Assembly (NCBI GenBank): GCA_958009085.1
Contig: OY253677.1
Location: forward strand, 558,001 to 622,000
DNA length: 64,000 bases
From: Protoeuglena noctilucae
Taxonomy: Eukaryota
Direction of reading: 5' to 3'
Under the pieces are notes generated by a model. It saw only the letters and a list, made by a program, of their open reading frames with translations. It did no database searches and was not told the origin of the DNA. The position numbers and the translations under genes are program-made. Positions 13,223-26,624 of the stretch are shown one piece after another. Each line of letters begins with the position of its first letter. Positions within the stretch are counted from its first letter, which is position 1.

Positions 13223-16200
13223 ATGGGTCTCCGATGTCGACTCCGACGGTGCGTGATTGTGCGTGATTGCCCGGTGCACGCGCTCCTCCTGCCGCCTGGA
13301 TGGTGCCGCGACGAGCGGGCGCGGCGAGCCGATCGCGTTGCCGTCGTGGTTGGGCGGGAGGCAGCGCACATCTGGACTCCTTGCAGCGCAGCTGGGGCGC
13401 GCCGGCTGGCCCGACATCCGCATCTGTTCGCACCATGCAGCCGTATTGCTTTCCGTTGCCCAGTGGAAGCGCTCGGTGGCCCGTCAGGTGTCCGGGCGGC
13501 TCATCCTGTCCAATGCCCTCCCGCAGCTTCCGACGTCGTGGAGAGCGAGCTGCAACTGGGCTACCTGCCTCCACCTGACGGTCATGATTTTGCCGCTGCG
13601 GTGCGGCACTGGCACGCGGCGGGCGTGGAGGCGGGGCTGTTCCAGGATGGGGCACCGGGGGTGCCGACGCTCCTGCTCGAGCGCGACAGGCTGCGGCGCG
13701 CGCGGCTTTCTGGAAGCCGCAGTAGGAGCAGGAGCCGCAGTCGGGGGCGCAGCCGGAGCGAAAGCGTGCCCCGCCGCGGAGGGGAGGAGCCCGCGACCCA
13801 ACCACGCGTGGACGAAGGGCTTGACGAGGAGGGCGCGCAGCAGGGCGAGGAAAGTCCCAGTCGAAGGGCTTTCCCCAGCGAAGAGCAGGCGAAGGGACCA
13901 TCGCTGCCGACGGCTCCGGAGCCCCAGACGTGGCCAGCCAAGGCGAGCCCGTGCGCGACCTGCGGCACGTGTCGCGCTGACCTATGTGCCCTGCTGTCGG
14001 CAACGTGGCGACACAGGAGCAGGAGCTCTCGTTTCGCAGGTCCAGGCCTCGCGGATGACGTTTCGCAGGCGCCTCGCCCAGCTCGTGGTGGACCTCACGC
14101 TCAAGGGGTGGGACCTCCGCATGGACACGCGCTTGAAGATTGCCATCCCCATGGCGGTCATGTGAGCTCGCCGGCCTCATGCAGCGCGTTGGGCTTGCGG
14201 CGATCCCCTCAGGCGCTCCCAGCACGCGATGCGGGCCTCGGACCTGCTACCTGTGACCGTTGCTGCTGCCCTGTGACATGGGGTGAGGGGCGAAGGTCAG
14301 CATTCATAAAGCCCGCCGACACCCCCCCATGCAGGGTCGTGTTTGGCCTCGTGAGCAACACGCGCGCCCACGCTGACCAGTTCCACTGCGACGACCTGAG
14401 GTCCCGCAGGCTGTGGGTCACGGCCGGGAGCGTGTCGTGCGAGGTGGCCTCGCGCATCAACATCGCGTGGATGTGCTTCCACACCAGCATGGACGTGGCC
14501 CGGCTGGTGCTGGCCCTCTTCCCGCAGACGCTCCCGCTCGCCATCCGGTGGCAGCCGTGGCTCACGGTCCTGCAGTTCATGGTGGTGTCGTACTACCACG
14601 GCATCGGCATCATGACGGGCCTCTTCACGCTCCTCATCCCCATGAAGCCCCCTCCCCAGTTCGACAACAAGTCGAGCGCCATCGTCTTCCAGTGGTGCGC
14701 CAGCCTGGTCATGATGGCCATCGGGTGCACCCTCTGGATCAACACGGGCATCCATATCTCCCCGTGGGTCGAGTGGGGCATGGCTTTCCTCACGGGCCTT
14801 CCCTACTGCGTCTCCCTATTCTGGTTCTGTTCCGTCATCCCTTCCTACCTCGACAGGCTCCCGGCAAACTTCCAGACCTGCTCCGACATCGACTACGCGG
14901 GCGCGGCCAGCGCTGCAATCATCTACCCTGCCACCTACCTCATCTTTTCCAAAATCTTCCACGGAGGCGTCGTCTCCGAAGTCAACACGGTAACGGCGGC
15001 GCCACGGCTTGAGGCATGTGCTTCTAGGCGGCTGGCGGAGGTGGCTTGGCGGCAGACCCACGCGTGGCGACCGCCCCTGTGCTGCAGCCGAACAACGGCC
15101 CGGTCGACAAGGCCGAGGGCCTCTACAAGGCGGCGTTCGGCATCGTTCTCTGCGCCGTCTTCTACGTGGTTGGCATGCTCATGGCCATGTACACACTCCT
15201 CCTGCCACCCGAGGGGCGGAACCTGACGCTGGCGGAGAGCATCATTCTATCCCCCTTCGCTCGGAGCCTCTTCATCGTCGTGGCCGCCCCCATGGCGTCC
15301 ATGGTGATGCGCAGCGCCACGCAGATATCGCAGTTCTCGCGGGATTTGATCCTCGGCGAGATCCTTCCCAAGGATGCCGCGCTGGCGGTGCTGGGCAACG
15401 TCACGCGGGCGGAACTGGCGGGCAAGAAGGGCTCGGAGTCCGATTCGGCCACGACCAGCGGCGCCGAGACCAACCGCGTGCGCCAAGTGTCAATAGACGG
15501 ACGTGAGCGCGAGGGTGTGGGCAGAAGTTCGGGACTCTGACTGGACTACACGGGGAGCACTGGATGCATAAACGAGATTCGGCGTGCCTGCTTGCAGGGC
15601 AACAGTACGCGGCGGTGCGGTACATGAAGCAGGTCGGCCGCGTGGCGGCGGTGGCCGTGGACGTGCCCGAGCTGTCGCGGCTGCTGGCGACACACGACGT
15701 GGCGGCTTGCGTGGACCTGGCGCACAAGGTGGACGTGCTGGTGGACGCCATCCTGGACCGCAGCCGCGCGCGGCGCATCGAGTCGGGGTCGCCGTCGATG
15801 GTGCTGGCGGTGGTGAACGCGGAGGGGGGGGTGGCGGACCCGGAGGAGAAGGGGCTGGTGAGGGGCGATGGGCGTGGGTGCGGGCTGGGGGTGGCAGTGG
15901 CAGGCAGGCTTGGGATGGGCAGTCCGCGAGGTGGCCAGTGATACGCTTGGATTGCCATGGATGCTGCTGTTCCACCGCATGACAGCTGGCCCGCGCCCTC
16001 GCGCCGCAGATCATCGCGGAGGCGCTGCACCTGGGTCTGCTGGACCTGTCGAGCGACCCGTCGTCGGCGAGCCTGCTGTCGCAGTCGCGGACGCTGCGGT
16101 GCCGCGCGGCGGTGGCGTCGTGCGACGCGGCGGTGGTGGTGACGGGGGTGAAGCGGCCCAACCTGCGGGTGCTGGGCCCGATCCAGGCCGTGCAGGGCAT

Positions 16201-16580
16201 CCTGGGGACCGTCACGCCAGGTGCGGGACACAGCGGGGGTGTCGTTGGCGGGGCGGGGATCGCGCAGCTGCCTGTGCCAGCGCGCAGCAGGCCATCGCCC
16301 AGCGCAAGGGTGCTGGAGCGCAATGCACCCCCGCAGGCCAGCTGTGCGTGTCGGCGCGGGCGTTCAAGATGCTGGGGGCGGACATCAAGGCGATGGCCAT
16401 GCCGCAGTCGGTGTTCTCGAAGGCCAAGCGATCGGAGACGGTGTACACGCTGCCGCTGGCGCAGGGGCCCACGGAGCCCACCGTCGCCAAGGTCGTACTG
16501 GCCCGCTCCATGAGCGGTAGCTTCGCAACGTCGTCTCAGCAGACGACATCGCGCATCCGTGTCCTCCCGCCGATGCATTA
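13223..16580 (+). CDS. Multi-pass membrane protein with a C-terminal degenerate class III adenylate/guanylate cyclase-like domain; start uncertain
   Basis: About 8-9 hydrophobic helices (14130-15310), then DLILGEILPKDAA (cyclase helical domain), VAVDVPELSRL, LRCRAAVASCDAAVVVTGVKRPNLRVLG, PGQLCVSARAFKML and KAKRSETVYTL, colinear with the cyclase consensus. Confidence 0.65.
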
Positions 16581-16762
16581 GTTCTGAGGGACTGGAAGCA
16601 TTCTGGTCTCTCTGACGTTTGTGTAGCGCCACTAGCGCCTGTTGTGTTCCCATTGCGAAGCAGTCGCAAAACTCCCGTAATACTCTGTGATTTTGCCTGC
16701 TTTAAAGCGTGCTGAAACGGTCCACCGAAGTCCGCCTCGCTTTTTTATCACCAGCGCACTCA

Positions 16763-17325
16763 ATGGCGCGGTCAGCGGCGGGCAAGGCCCTTCACGAAGA
16801 GCTCCAGTCGAAGCTTGAGGAGTCCGGCGTGCTGGACCAGCTGAGCCAGCAGCTCCACGCGAGGCTGGTGGACTGTGGGTGGAAGGAGGTGTGTTCCTGG
16901 CGCGCTCCCGGATCTGTGCGGAGATTTGCTGGCGCACGTGCATAGTTCGTTGCTTTATCCACAGCAGATAGGTGCCCTTCCGCCCGCCAGGGGCGCCTTG
17001 ACGCTGCATCCTGCCGTCCTGTCCCCAGTCGATCAAGAACCGCTGTCGCGAGCTCATTAAGGCCAAGGGATTGTCAAAAGTCACCGTGGTAGACCTTGTG
17101 CAAGAAGTTACGCCCGCTGGGCGGGCTAGCGTGCCGCAAGCCATCAAGGCAAGTGCCGGGCACGCGCCAAGGTGCCTCGCAGCCCTGCAGCCGCGTCAGG
17201 CACGCGATCGATACCCCCTCGGAAGAGCCATGCACCTGCTGACGCCATCGCAGGCGGAGCTTCTGCAGCAGGTGAAGGCGGCGATCGAGTCGGCGCAGCA
17301 GCCCAAGGGCGAACCGCGTTCCTGA
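16763..17325 (+). CDS. ENY2: Transcription and mRNA export factor ENY2/Sus1, 3 exons
   Basis: KLEESG...[24 protein letters not shown]...[31 protein letters not shown]. Intron 17149-17253 is GC-AG. Confidence 0.92.
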
Positions 17326-17407
17326 AACGATGCGACGCCCCTGACCTCCGCGCGACACCGCGAAACGATCTTCATCGACCCACGCGTGCGACGGGGCCGG
17401 CGGGACG

Positions 17408-20400
17408 ATGGCGCTCGCGCTGCAGGGGCCCGCGGGGCCAGGTTCGTCGTACCTGCGCGTGGCCGACGGCCCGTGCGCCTTCCCTTCCCCGACTCCCGAC
17501 GCTGCGGTGCCCTGGGATGACGCTGCGGGGCTCATTCTGGTTCTCCACGCGGGCCTCTCGTTCCTCCGCGCGTTCCGGGGCCCAGAAACTCCGTGGCCAT
17601 CCCGGCCTGCCCACGCATCTTTGCCCAGGCCCCCTAAGCCCTCGAAAGCTGCAGCGAGCGAGCGCCGGCATGGGCCCTCGCCTTCGCTTGACGACGCGGG
17701 CGGGGCCGCGAGTGCCGCAGAGGACGCGGGTGCCGGGCCAAGCTCAGCGGGCGTGAGTGCGCCTGGCACGGGCATGGAGGGAGCGGGGGTGGATGAAGCT
17801 GCGTCCGACGAGACAGCGCCGGTATTTTCCCTCTTGCTCGAGCCGGAGGCTCGCTTGGCGCCCACCGCAGCACAGCAGGCGACGCGACGGGTGTCGGGTG
17901 AGATGAGGTGCCATGGCATGGGGCGCGTGGTGCTGTGTCGCTCGCATCATTGCCCGGTACATTACATCATCGTTACGCGGAAACGGTCTCATGTGTGTTT
18001 GTCACCCTGCAGATGGCGACAGCAGCGCGTCAAGCACGGCAACCCTGGTTCGCCCACCCCTGTCAGGCATCGCCGTCAGCCGCACCCACGCACTCGTCGC
18101 GGTCTCCCGAACGGGCTCTCTTCACGTGGAAGTCCTCGTTAGGTCGCAGGGCCGTGCCATGCCCCGTGCGCGCATCACGATGCCTTGCGAGGGGGGCACG
18201 GTGTCACCTCAGCGCACGGGTACTGCAGCTGCACCGACGGTCCAGGCCATGTGCTGGGGTGGCGGCGGCGACTTGTGCATCGTGGCGGCGGAGGACATCG
18301 CCATGTACAGGTGCGGGGCGGGGTGGGTAGGGCGGGGTGAAATTGGGCGGGATGCGTGGTGCGGGGTGAGGCGGGGTGGGGTTCGGTGGGGTAGTGCAGC
18401 ATGGGCCATGCTGTTATCGTCACTGGTGATTGCCGTCCACCACAGTGACCTGGCGACCCCATCTGACAAGGCATGCGACTTTGGATGCTATCACCGCCCC
18501 CTGTTGCCCTCCACAGGATCGAGCACAGCCCGGTGGGTGTCGCCAAGCTGTGGGGCTTCAGAGAGAGAGTCCCATGGTGCAGAGTCTCGCATGCAGCAGG
18601 CGTGGTGTTCTTGGGATCATCGGCACACGCACCGGAGGGGAGGGGGGCCGAGGCGCGGGCGACGGGGGCGAGAGGTCAAGGGCACGTACGGGCCTTGGCT
18701 GTGATGCCGCATGGTGAGTGGGTGGGGTTAGTAACGCTGCATGTCTGTGTCTCAGTGCTCGCAGCGTCGTCTTTTCTCCCCGCCACTCTCACCCCGCCAC
18801 TATTGTCGCCCCGCCACTATCGTCGCCCCGCCCGCAGCCGCCCGGTGCCTCCACCCTCATAGACCAGCCTCCTCCGACGCGCGCCCCGTCCCCGCCACCA
18901 TCCCCCTCTCGCACGCCCTGTCAGGCATCACACCGAGCCCTGCTGGTGGAGATCCGCGTGACTCTACACACGCCACCGGTTACAACGGACACCACCGCAA
19001 CGGCTCCGTGTCTCTGCAAGAGCAGCCCAGTGGGGTTGGCAGCAACGATGATGGCCTGGAGCGCGGTATAAGCCTCGGCCTCACCTTCAGCGCCAACCTG
19101 GTGCCACCCGCAATGCCAGCAGTGCAGGCAATGCCAGCAACCACCTCGCCGCTCAGCCCGAGCCTGGGGTTGGACACCACGGCGCTTGCTTCGGAACCAA
19201 TGCCTCAGTCTGGGCATCAACCATGGCCCCAGCCATTTGCGTACCACGCGGGCCCGTCCCATGCCTCCCCGCCGCTGTTGGGCGATGCCGGTGCGGTGGA
19301 GGTGGCCCCGGGCATGCGCCTGCTCGCTGTCGAGGCCCACGTACGCCGCGGCTCCGTGTGCATGGCGTGCGTGGTGGATCGGGGCTCGCACGGGGTGTTC
19401 CTGACCACTTTCGACGCCTGGCAGGGCAAGGTGCAGTGCACGGGCGTCGTGCGACTGGACCCGCACCTCCCAAAGCAGCCTGGTACGCGCGGGGACTCTG
19501 CGGTGGGGCGCATTGCGTCTCCCCGGGTGGCTGCCTCACCGGTACAGCCTGCTGTGGCAGATGCCGCTGCAGCACTGGGCGATGCCCCAACACAGCAGGC
19601 CTCCACAGACCCTGTGCTGTCGGTAGCGCTCGTCTCAGCAGACCCCGTCTCAGGAGAGCCCGTCACGGCACTGCCCGTCTCAGCACAGAGAGATGCCCAG
19701 CCGCCCCGCAGCCCGGCCCCCTCGCGTGGCCCCGCCCGCACTTCCTTCAGTGCTGCCCCCGCTGCACTCGGCGCCCCGGGTGCCCCTCGATCCAAGCCCT
19801 CGTTAGAGCACTGGCTGGACATCGGGGCGTCGCCAGGCACACCGGATGGGGCCCGCGCACGCACGCCCTCCCTCAGCCGCCCCGCCACGCCCACCATCGA
19901 CACCCCCGTGCTGCACCTGCCGCCCACGCCGGACCCCGCCTGGGCCCCCGGGGCCTCGGATCTCTTCCCAAATGGGCCAGGGGCAGTCACGGGCCTCGAC
20001 AGCAGAGAGCTGGTGGGGACCGTCACAGGCGCTGCCCACACCCAGACCCCTGCATCAACTCTGCCACGTGCATCGGACCCCTCGCTGCGCCTGCGCGCCA
20101 GTCTGACCTTCCTGGACGGCCTGGTCGTCCTGGTCATGTCGCAGCCGGGCAATGCACCCGGACTCGTGATGGTGAGCGTGCTTGGGTGTCTGCCTGGGAC
20201 GAGCCACGGCCAACCAGGCCCCACTCTCTCACCAACAAACCCAAATGGGTTAGAATTTCCAAATGCTAAGTCGACCCTGCTCTCTGCCCTCCTTCACTCC
20301 TCCTCTTACTCCCTTGTCCCTCGCAGCTGTTCGACGACGGTGTGGCGCCCTCCCAGCTCCTCTGCGCCCCGCAGCCAGCGCTCCTATCCCTCCCCCGCCC

Positions 20401-23400
20401 ATCAGTTCTTAAATCAAGCTTAATAGAGGCGATGAAGAAGGACTCACGGCCATTGGTGCTGGGATCAGAGTCGCTGCCATTCGCGATGTCGCCGTCGGGC
20501 GCGGTGCTGTGCCCTGTGGCGGGGGTGGCGGCGCGCGTGTGCCTGGACCTGCGGGGGGTGTGGGGCGCCACGAGGTCCACGGCGGAGGCAGCTGGTGAGA
20601 GATAGTAAGGGATGAGCTGATTGGCAACAGTGCCAGAGGTAGCTTACCTACACCAGTGCCCTTTACCACCCCACTGACGCCCCATTCTCCCTCTACCCCG
20701 CAGGCTTCCTCCTGCGCCGCTCGCAGCCACTCCCGAGCCCAGCACTGCCACCCTCCGGCGCCGAACCCCACTCCCCTGCCCCGCCTCGCGTCGCTCATGA
20801 AACTCAGGACGGCCAAGCAGAGGTGTCGGGAGCTTTGGATTCAATCGTGGCCCGCGAAGCAACGGTGAATGGAATGGGAGACGAGGGGTTGGCGGCGAGG
20901 GGTGGCGGTGACAGGGGCTGGGCGGTGAACGGGGGTGGCGAGGAGGGTGGCGTGGCGGTGGGGGGCGAGTGGGGCTGGGTGGGGAGCATGGAGCATGACA
21001 CGCCTCGTGGGTTGCTGGTGACGATGCTGAGAGACATGCTGCAGAGGAGAGAGGGCATGGTGAGGGGTTGGAGGAGGTGGGGTGGGGTGGGGTGCGGGTG
21101 TCTTGGGCGAGTAGAGAGGTGGGGACTGGCCCATTTGCGAGTTATCAATCGGACCTCGTCAGGCGACCTCGTCAATCCCCCATGCCTCATACCAACCACT
21201 GACTGACTCGATTGCTAACATTGCCACCATCGCAACACTCCCCACCTCCCACCCCTCCCCCTCACCCCCCCCACCACAGGCCTCCCTGTCCCGCGTGTAC
21301 CGCCAGATCTGCAACGCGGCCAACTGGGCCCGCGACCACGCATCGCTGCTGGGGGCGGCCACGGTGCCCGTAGTCACGCCCGAGGAGATGCTCAGGGAGG
21401 TGTTCCAGTGGGTGCGGGCCCAGAGTGCCAGCCCATGGGTGAGAGGAGAGTGGGGGCTATGTAGAACATCAAGCATATCTGGCATATGTAGCATGCATAG
21501 CATATGTGCATGTTTGGAGTGTTCCAGTGGGTGCGGGCCCAGAGTGCCAGCCCATGGGTGAGAGGAGAGTGTAGTGGTGGAGCATGCTAACTAGGAGTTC
21601 TCCTACATTACCTCGGTTGCCACATGTTGACTCAGATGCCCTTCGTCCCTCCACCCCTTCACGTCCTCTGCCCGCAGTCCCACGGCGGCACGGCCATGCC
21701 GGTGGGATTGGTGTCCGGTGCCCCCGCCAGCCCCGCATCGGCGGCGAATGGCGTTATCTCTGACACCGCGGGGGTGCACGTGCGGGTGCATGACAGGACG
21801 TGGGTGCGGGAGGTGAGGGGTGGCATTGGGGGATGAGGGATGAGGGTGGGGGTGGGGTGCGTGAGGGGGTGTGGGTGCGGTTCCCCCCTTCTCATGACTG
21901 CATGACTGCGTTGCTCATTGCAACACAATGTCCTCACCCCCGCACCACTTCCCATGACTGCATTGGTCACTGTCCAGCTCTTACCCCCACCCCCACCCCT
22001 CCCCCCCCCTCTCCAGGCCAGCGCCCCCCCCACGGCCGCCCTGACATTGGAGGAGCGTGCAAGCAACTACCTCGCCTCTGCTCTATTGTCGTGGATCCAT
22101 GCTTGCCAGGTTTCAAGCATTCCCGTGTCCCCATCGATGGCCGTGGAGGCGGTCGAGCTGATGGCCCGGGGGGGGGGAGCAGGGGGCGGGGCAGGTGAAT
22201 GAAGGGAGGGGAGATGTACAGTATTTGATAATAACCAAATATTAATAATACTTACGTTTAGAAGTGTTGAGAGAAGTGGAGCTGATGGCCAGGGGGGGGA
22301 GCAGGGGGCGGGGCAGGTGAGGGTTGAGATGGGTGTGTGTGTGCGTGAATGGTTGGAGACTGTTAGAGTTGTAAGATGGGGAGGGTGATCGTGAAAGGTT
22401 TTGTAGCAAAGCGAGGCTGTGTCGATACCTCGATGCATAGCTCTCAGCAACCCCGTACCCTTTCACTCGTTTTCGCACCCTCAGATCCCCGCGCTCGTCT
22501 CTGCGGGCGGCGTCATGGCCCATCGCGCAGTGGCAGACTGCCTGATGGACCTGTGTCAGTCGGGGGCGTACCCGGCGGGGGCGGCTGTGGCAGCGCCGCT
22601 CTTCCACAGGTGTGAGGGGGGTGGGCGTTGTAATGGAATGTTTATGTTTATGTGTTACATGCACAGCCTTGTGCAGCATCGCTCATGCGCAGTTGAGACT
22701 GAGGTTGGCGAATGGTGGTCTATGCCTGTGCTTGCAACCTGTCCCACCATGCCAAGTGTTCGTAAGTATGCTTATGACATCAGTATTGACATGGATCGTA
22801 TAAACCAATAAACCATCGCCTATCTCCAACCCCCCCCCCCCCCCCCCACCTGGGCCAACACGCCAGGTGCTCACAATATGTTCATCATATGCTTATGCTG
22901 TTATGATAGCTATTTTATTGTCCCCCCCCCGCAGCCTGGGCCACCACGCCAGGTGTTGCGTGGCGCTGATCGCGGACGGCGATGTGTTGGGGGCGCTGAG
23001 GTACGCACGGCAGTGGGGAGTCACGACCGTGCCGCCCGAAGCGTATCTCAAGGTGGGAAATGCTCATTCATCTATATCTATGTATGGATATTGATGATAA
23101 AGGGATCGATCACTTTATTTATGTATGCCCCTGCCTGTCCCCCATCCCTCTACACCCCTCGCAGCCATGCTCCTTGCAACCCCACCAGTCCCATTGCCCC
23201 CCCTAACCACATCCATTGCAACCCCATCGATCCTCATCTTCCCCTCACGCCCCACATGCACAGGCCATCGACGGCATCTCTGACCCCATGACCCGCGCCT
23301 CCGTCCAGCGTTTCTTCGCCGACCATCTGCGGGGATCGGACGCCGCTGTGGGGCGACTGTGGGCGGCCGTGTCTGCTCCCACGCGCATGCCACCACGCAA

Positions 23401-23419
23401 CCCCATGGCCAGGCCGTGA
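17408..23419 (+). CDS. RMC1: Regulator of MON1-CCZ1 complex (RMC1/Mic1)-like, multi-exon
   Basis: N-terminal WDDAAGLILVL; C-terminal Mic1-like helices NYLASALLSWIHAC..IPVSP..VELMAR and LIADGDVLGALRYAR. Long low-complexity insertions. Confidence 0.65.
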
Positions 23420-23592
23420 CACGTAGCCTTGGCACAGACTGGCTGTTGCCAGTTATACACTGACACTTGTGTTCGTTGTTCATGTAGTACACACACTAGT
23501 GACGACGGACGCCTTGAAACCGGTGACAGCGACACGAGCGAGTCATGTTACGCGTATTCAAATGCCGATGGCAACACATTGCAAGTGACTAG

Positions 23593-26258
23593 TCACAACT
23601 TCCCACGACAACAAACGCACCACACCCACCCCCACGATCCCTCGCCCCTCAACCCCGCAGCCGCTTCTTCCTTCCCCCCACATCGCCCGCTCGCACATTC
23701 GCAACCCCACCACCCTCCCCACCATCCACCAAACCATCTCTCCTCGCACCCCCCGCTCCGCACCCCACCCCTGCCCCTCTCCCTCTCCCCGTCCCTCACC
23801 CCCGCTTCCCGCTTTGCCTTGCTAGAGCTGCCCAGTCTCTTGTCACCCTCCCTACCACCGCCACTGTCATGGGTCTTATCACCCCCACTGTCACCCCCCA
23901 TGTCACCACTCACGCCACCCGCCTCCCCACCCCCACGGCCCTTCCTCTTGCCACCCTTCACAGCCCTTATCACCTCACCACCCTCTTTGGCACCACCGCC
24001 CCTTTTAGCCACCCCCTCGCTCTCACCACCCCCCTTTGCACCACCACCACCGCCACCCTTACTCGCCACCTTAGCACCCCCCTCACCGCCACCCCGCTGC
24101 GCACTCTCCACCCCCTTCTTCCGCCCCTCCCCACCCCCCCTCTTGCCCCGCTTCACCCCACTCACGCTCTCAGCCAACGCCTCCACCACCGCCTCCGTCC
24201 ACTCCCTTGCATTCATCCCCGCTGCACCCTCCTTATTAGAAATGCCAGATTTGCTTGGATCGCCATGACTGTTCGAATCGCCACGACTGCTTGCAACGCC
24301 AGTGACCTGCCACCCCGCCAGTTTGTGGGCGTAGGATGCGACGGTCGATGCGGCGTCCATGGCTGCCTTGTAGAGGGACTGGGCTTGGATCTGAGAGGGG
24401 AGATGGGGTGGGTGGTGGGTGGTGGTGAGGTGAGGGGTATTGAAGACTGGGCCTGGATCTGAGAACAGAGGAAGGGTGGCGAAGGGTGGCGGATGATGGG
24501 TGAGTGCGAACGTGTCGTTTTTGTCCACACCATGTCACAGGACAAAGCAACGGATGCGCATCCCCTCACACATCACTCGCCTCGTTGTTGGCTGTGTCGC
24601 ATCCATGCACATTACTATGACAAGCAATCATAGCAGTAGATGCGCATCCATCATGCATCACTCGCCTCGTTGTTGGCGGTGAGTCCGTGGATGGTCAGGA
24701 AGTGCCCCACCAGCCGAGACAGGAAGGACCGGCATGCAGAAGGGAGGTCGCCTGCGATGTATGGAAACACACAATCCAATGTACACAATCCACAATGTGC
24801 ACAATCCAATGTAGGTGATCAGACAAGTTACATGACTATGTGACATAGTATGATATTGCAACCAAACCCCGCCAATTTTTCGTTCAACATACCCATTCAT
24901 CCAACTCCCCCAATGCCCCTCACCCGTGGCCGCCTCGTCGGACATGTGCAGGATAGCGTGGTTGCACACCATCTGCTGGTACGCTCTTGGCGATGCGAGG
25001 ACGCGGCAGAGGGGGCAGGCGAACACGGCACGGTCCATAACGCATCGACGATGGGTGAGGTTGACAGTGAAGAGGGCCAGGGGTCGGAGGGCAGAGTCGG
25101 GGTCCTCTGTGAAGGGGTAAAGGAGAGAGAGAGGGAGTGTTGTGAGGGGGGAGTGTTGTGAGAGTAGGGGAGTGTTGTGAGAGTGGGGGTGTGAGGGGGA
25201 GGGGGGGTGAGGGGGTATAGAAGAGAAGGGGGGGTGTGGGAGGGCGGGTGGCAGCGCAGTGAGGGGCCTCACCGCACCTCCACCCCTACCCGCACCTCCA
25301 CCCCTACCCGCACCCCACCATTGCTACCCGCACCTCCACCCCTACCCGCACCCCACCACTGCTACCCGCACCCCACTGCTACCCGCACCCCACCACTGCT
25401 ACCCGCACCCCCCTGCTACCCCCGCCCCACCACTGCCACTCACATCCCACCTAACCCCCCCCTCACCCGTCCCAGGCTCGTTGGTTGCGATGGGGAGGTC
25501 GTGGATGCGCACGCCCAGGCGCAGAGAGCCATCACGACCGCAGATGCCTGGGGGGGATAGCGTGGACAGTATTATTTATCATGTTAGGGATTGGGGTAGA
25601 CAGTAATGGTCAGGGTCAAGTCTTATAACACGATCACCGAAACTCCACCCACCCATCAGGCGTCGCTCACCGCATCGCCCGGGGGTCCCGGGTTCGAATC
25701 TCTCCAGCAAAAGCTTGCGGAGGAGCTTCACGGCCTGAGGGCCCTTCGCCTTGGGACGCAGCACCGGGTCCGGGTCGCCGCCGCCTGCAGAGAAGATCAG
25801 AAGATGAGGGGCATGGGTCGCATCTCACTGCGCACGCTTTGTCGGCCCTGTGTGAGCTCTCAATAATAATCGTCTCGCCCTGACTGGCCCCCCAGCGCAG
25901 CATGCTGCACTTGCCTAGCATATGCGCAGTGGCCCACACGGACCCTTCCCCCATATCCGCGTGCAGCATGTTGGGGCAGAGGCCAGGACACAGCTCCCGC
26001 ACGCGCCCCGCCAGCTCGTCCCACGCATCGGTCGCCGCGCTCTCCGGCCATATCCTGTGCGCGTAGATGCAATAAAAGAATGCGATGCGAGAGCGGCAAG
26101 ACGGCGGGAGCGCGCGCGGGGGCGCGGGGGCGCGGAGAGAGAGCCGAGGCTGCAGGGCGCGTTTGCGACGCCGCTGCGCACCGCCGGGGGTCCTTGGCTG
26201 CGTCATCGGGATCGTAGAATCGCACTTCTACATGCCGCGCCGGCTCATCGTCCGCCAT
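23593..26258 (-). CDS. Hypothetical protein with a divergent HNH-like zinc-binding (CxxC...CxxC) domain and Gly/Lys-rich tail, multi-exon
   Basis: Phase-consistent exons give KLLRKLL...RC|GICG...ACPLCRVL...LVGHFLTIHG...AAMDAASTVASYAHKLAGWQV. GC donors at 25914 and 24665. Confidence 0.5.
25274..25430. repeat. Degenerate intronic minisatellite, ~18-20 bp unit
   Basis: Tandem units CACCTCCACCCCTACCCG and CACCCCACCACTGCTACCCG read directly from the sequence. Confidence 0.8.
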
Positions 26259-26624
26259 GGCGGCGGCGGGGAGGAGTCGCGGCTGCACGCAGAACGCTCG
26301 AGACTGCAGCTCCCAGGGCGGCCGGCGGAGCAAGAGGGCTGTCGTGTGGTGAGCAACAGAGACGTCAGATGATGACGCAGCGACGGCTTGGTAGAAGAGC
26401 CTCGCGCAATGATGAATTCTGGCGGCGACGGAGTGCCGGTTGGCGTGCCGCAGCCACCGCCAGCTAGTGCGGGCCAGCGCGGAGGGAGCGGGCCAGTCCG
26501 CGTACGCCAAGGTGACACTCACATAGCGAGCTACCTCTCGACTGCGTTGCCCTGCCGTCCGCTTGCTTCCCGGGTCGCGAAAGGCCGTGGAAGCCGGGGC
26601 CCTGCGCGGGCCCCGCCGGGCGCG

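Noticed and set aside
14130..15310. Rhodopsin-cyclase interpretation of the TM domain
   Set aside because: No retinal-binding DxxxK motif is visible in the last helices.
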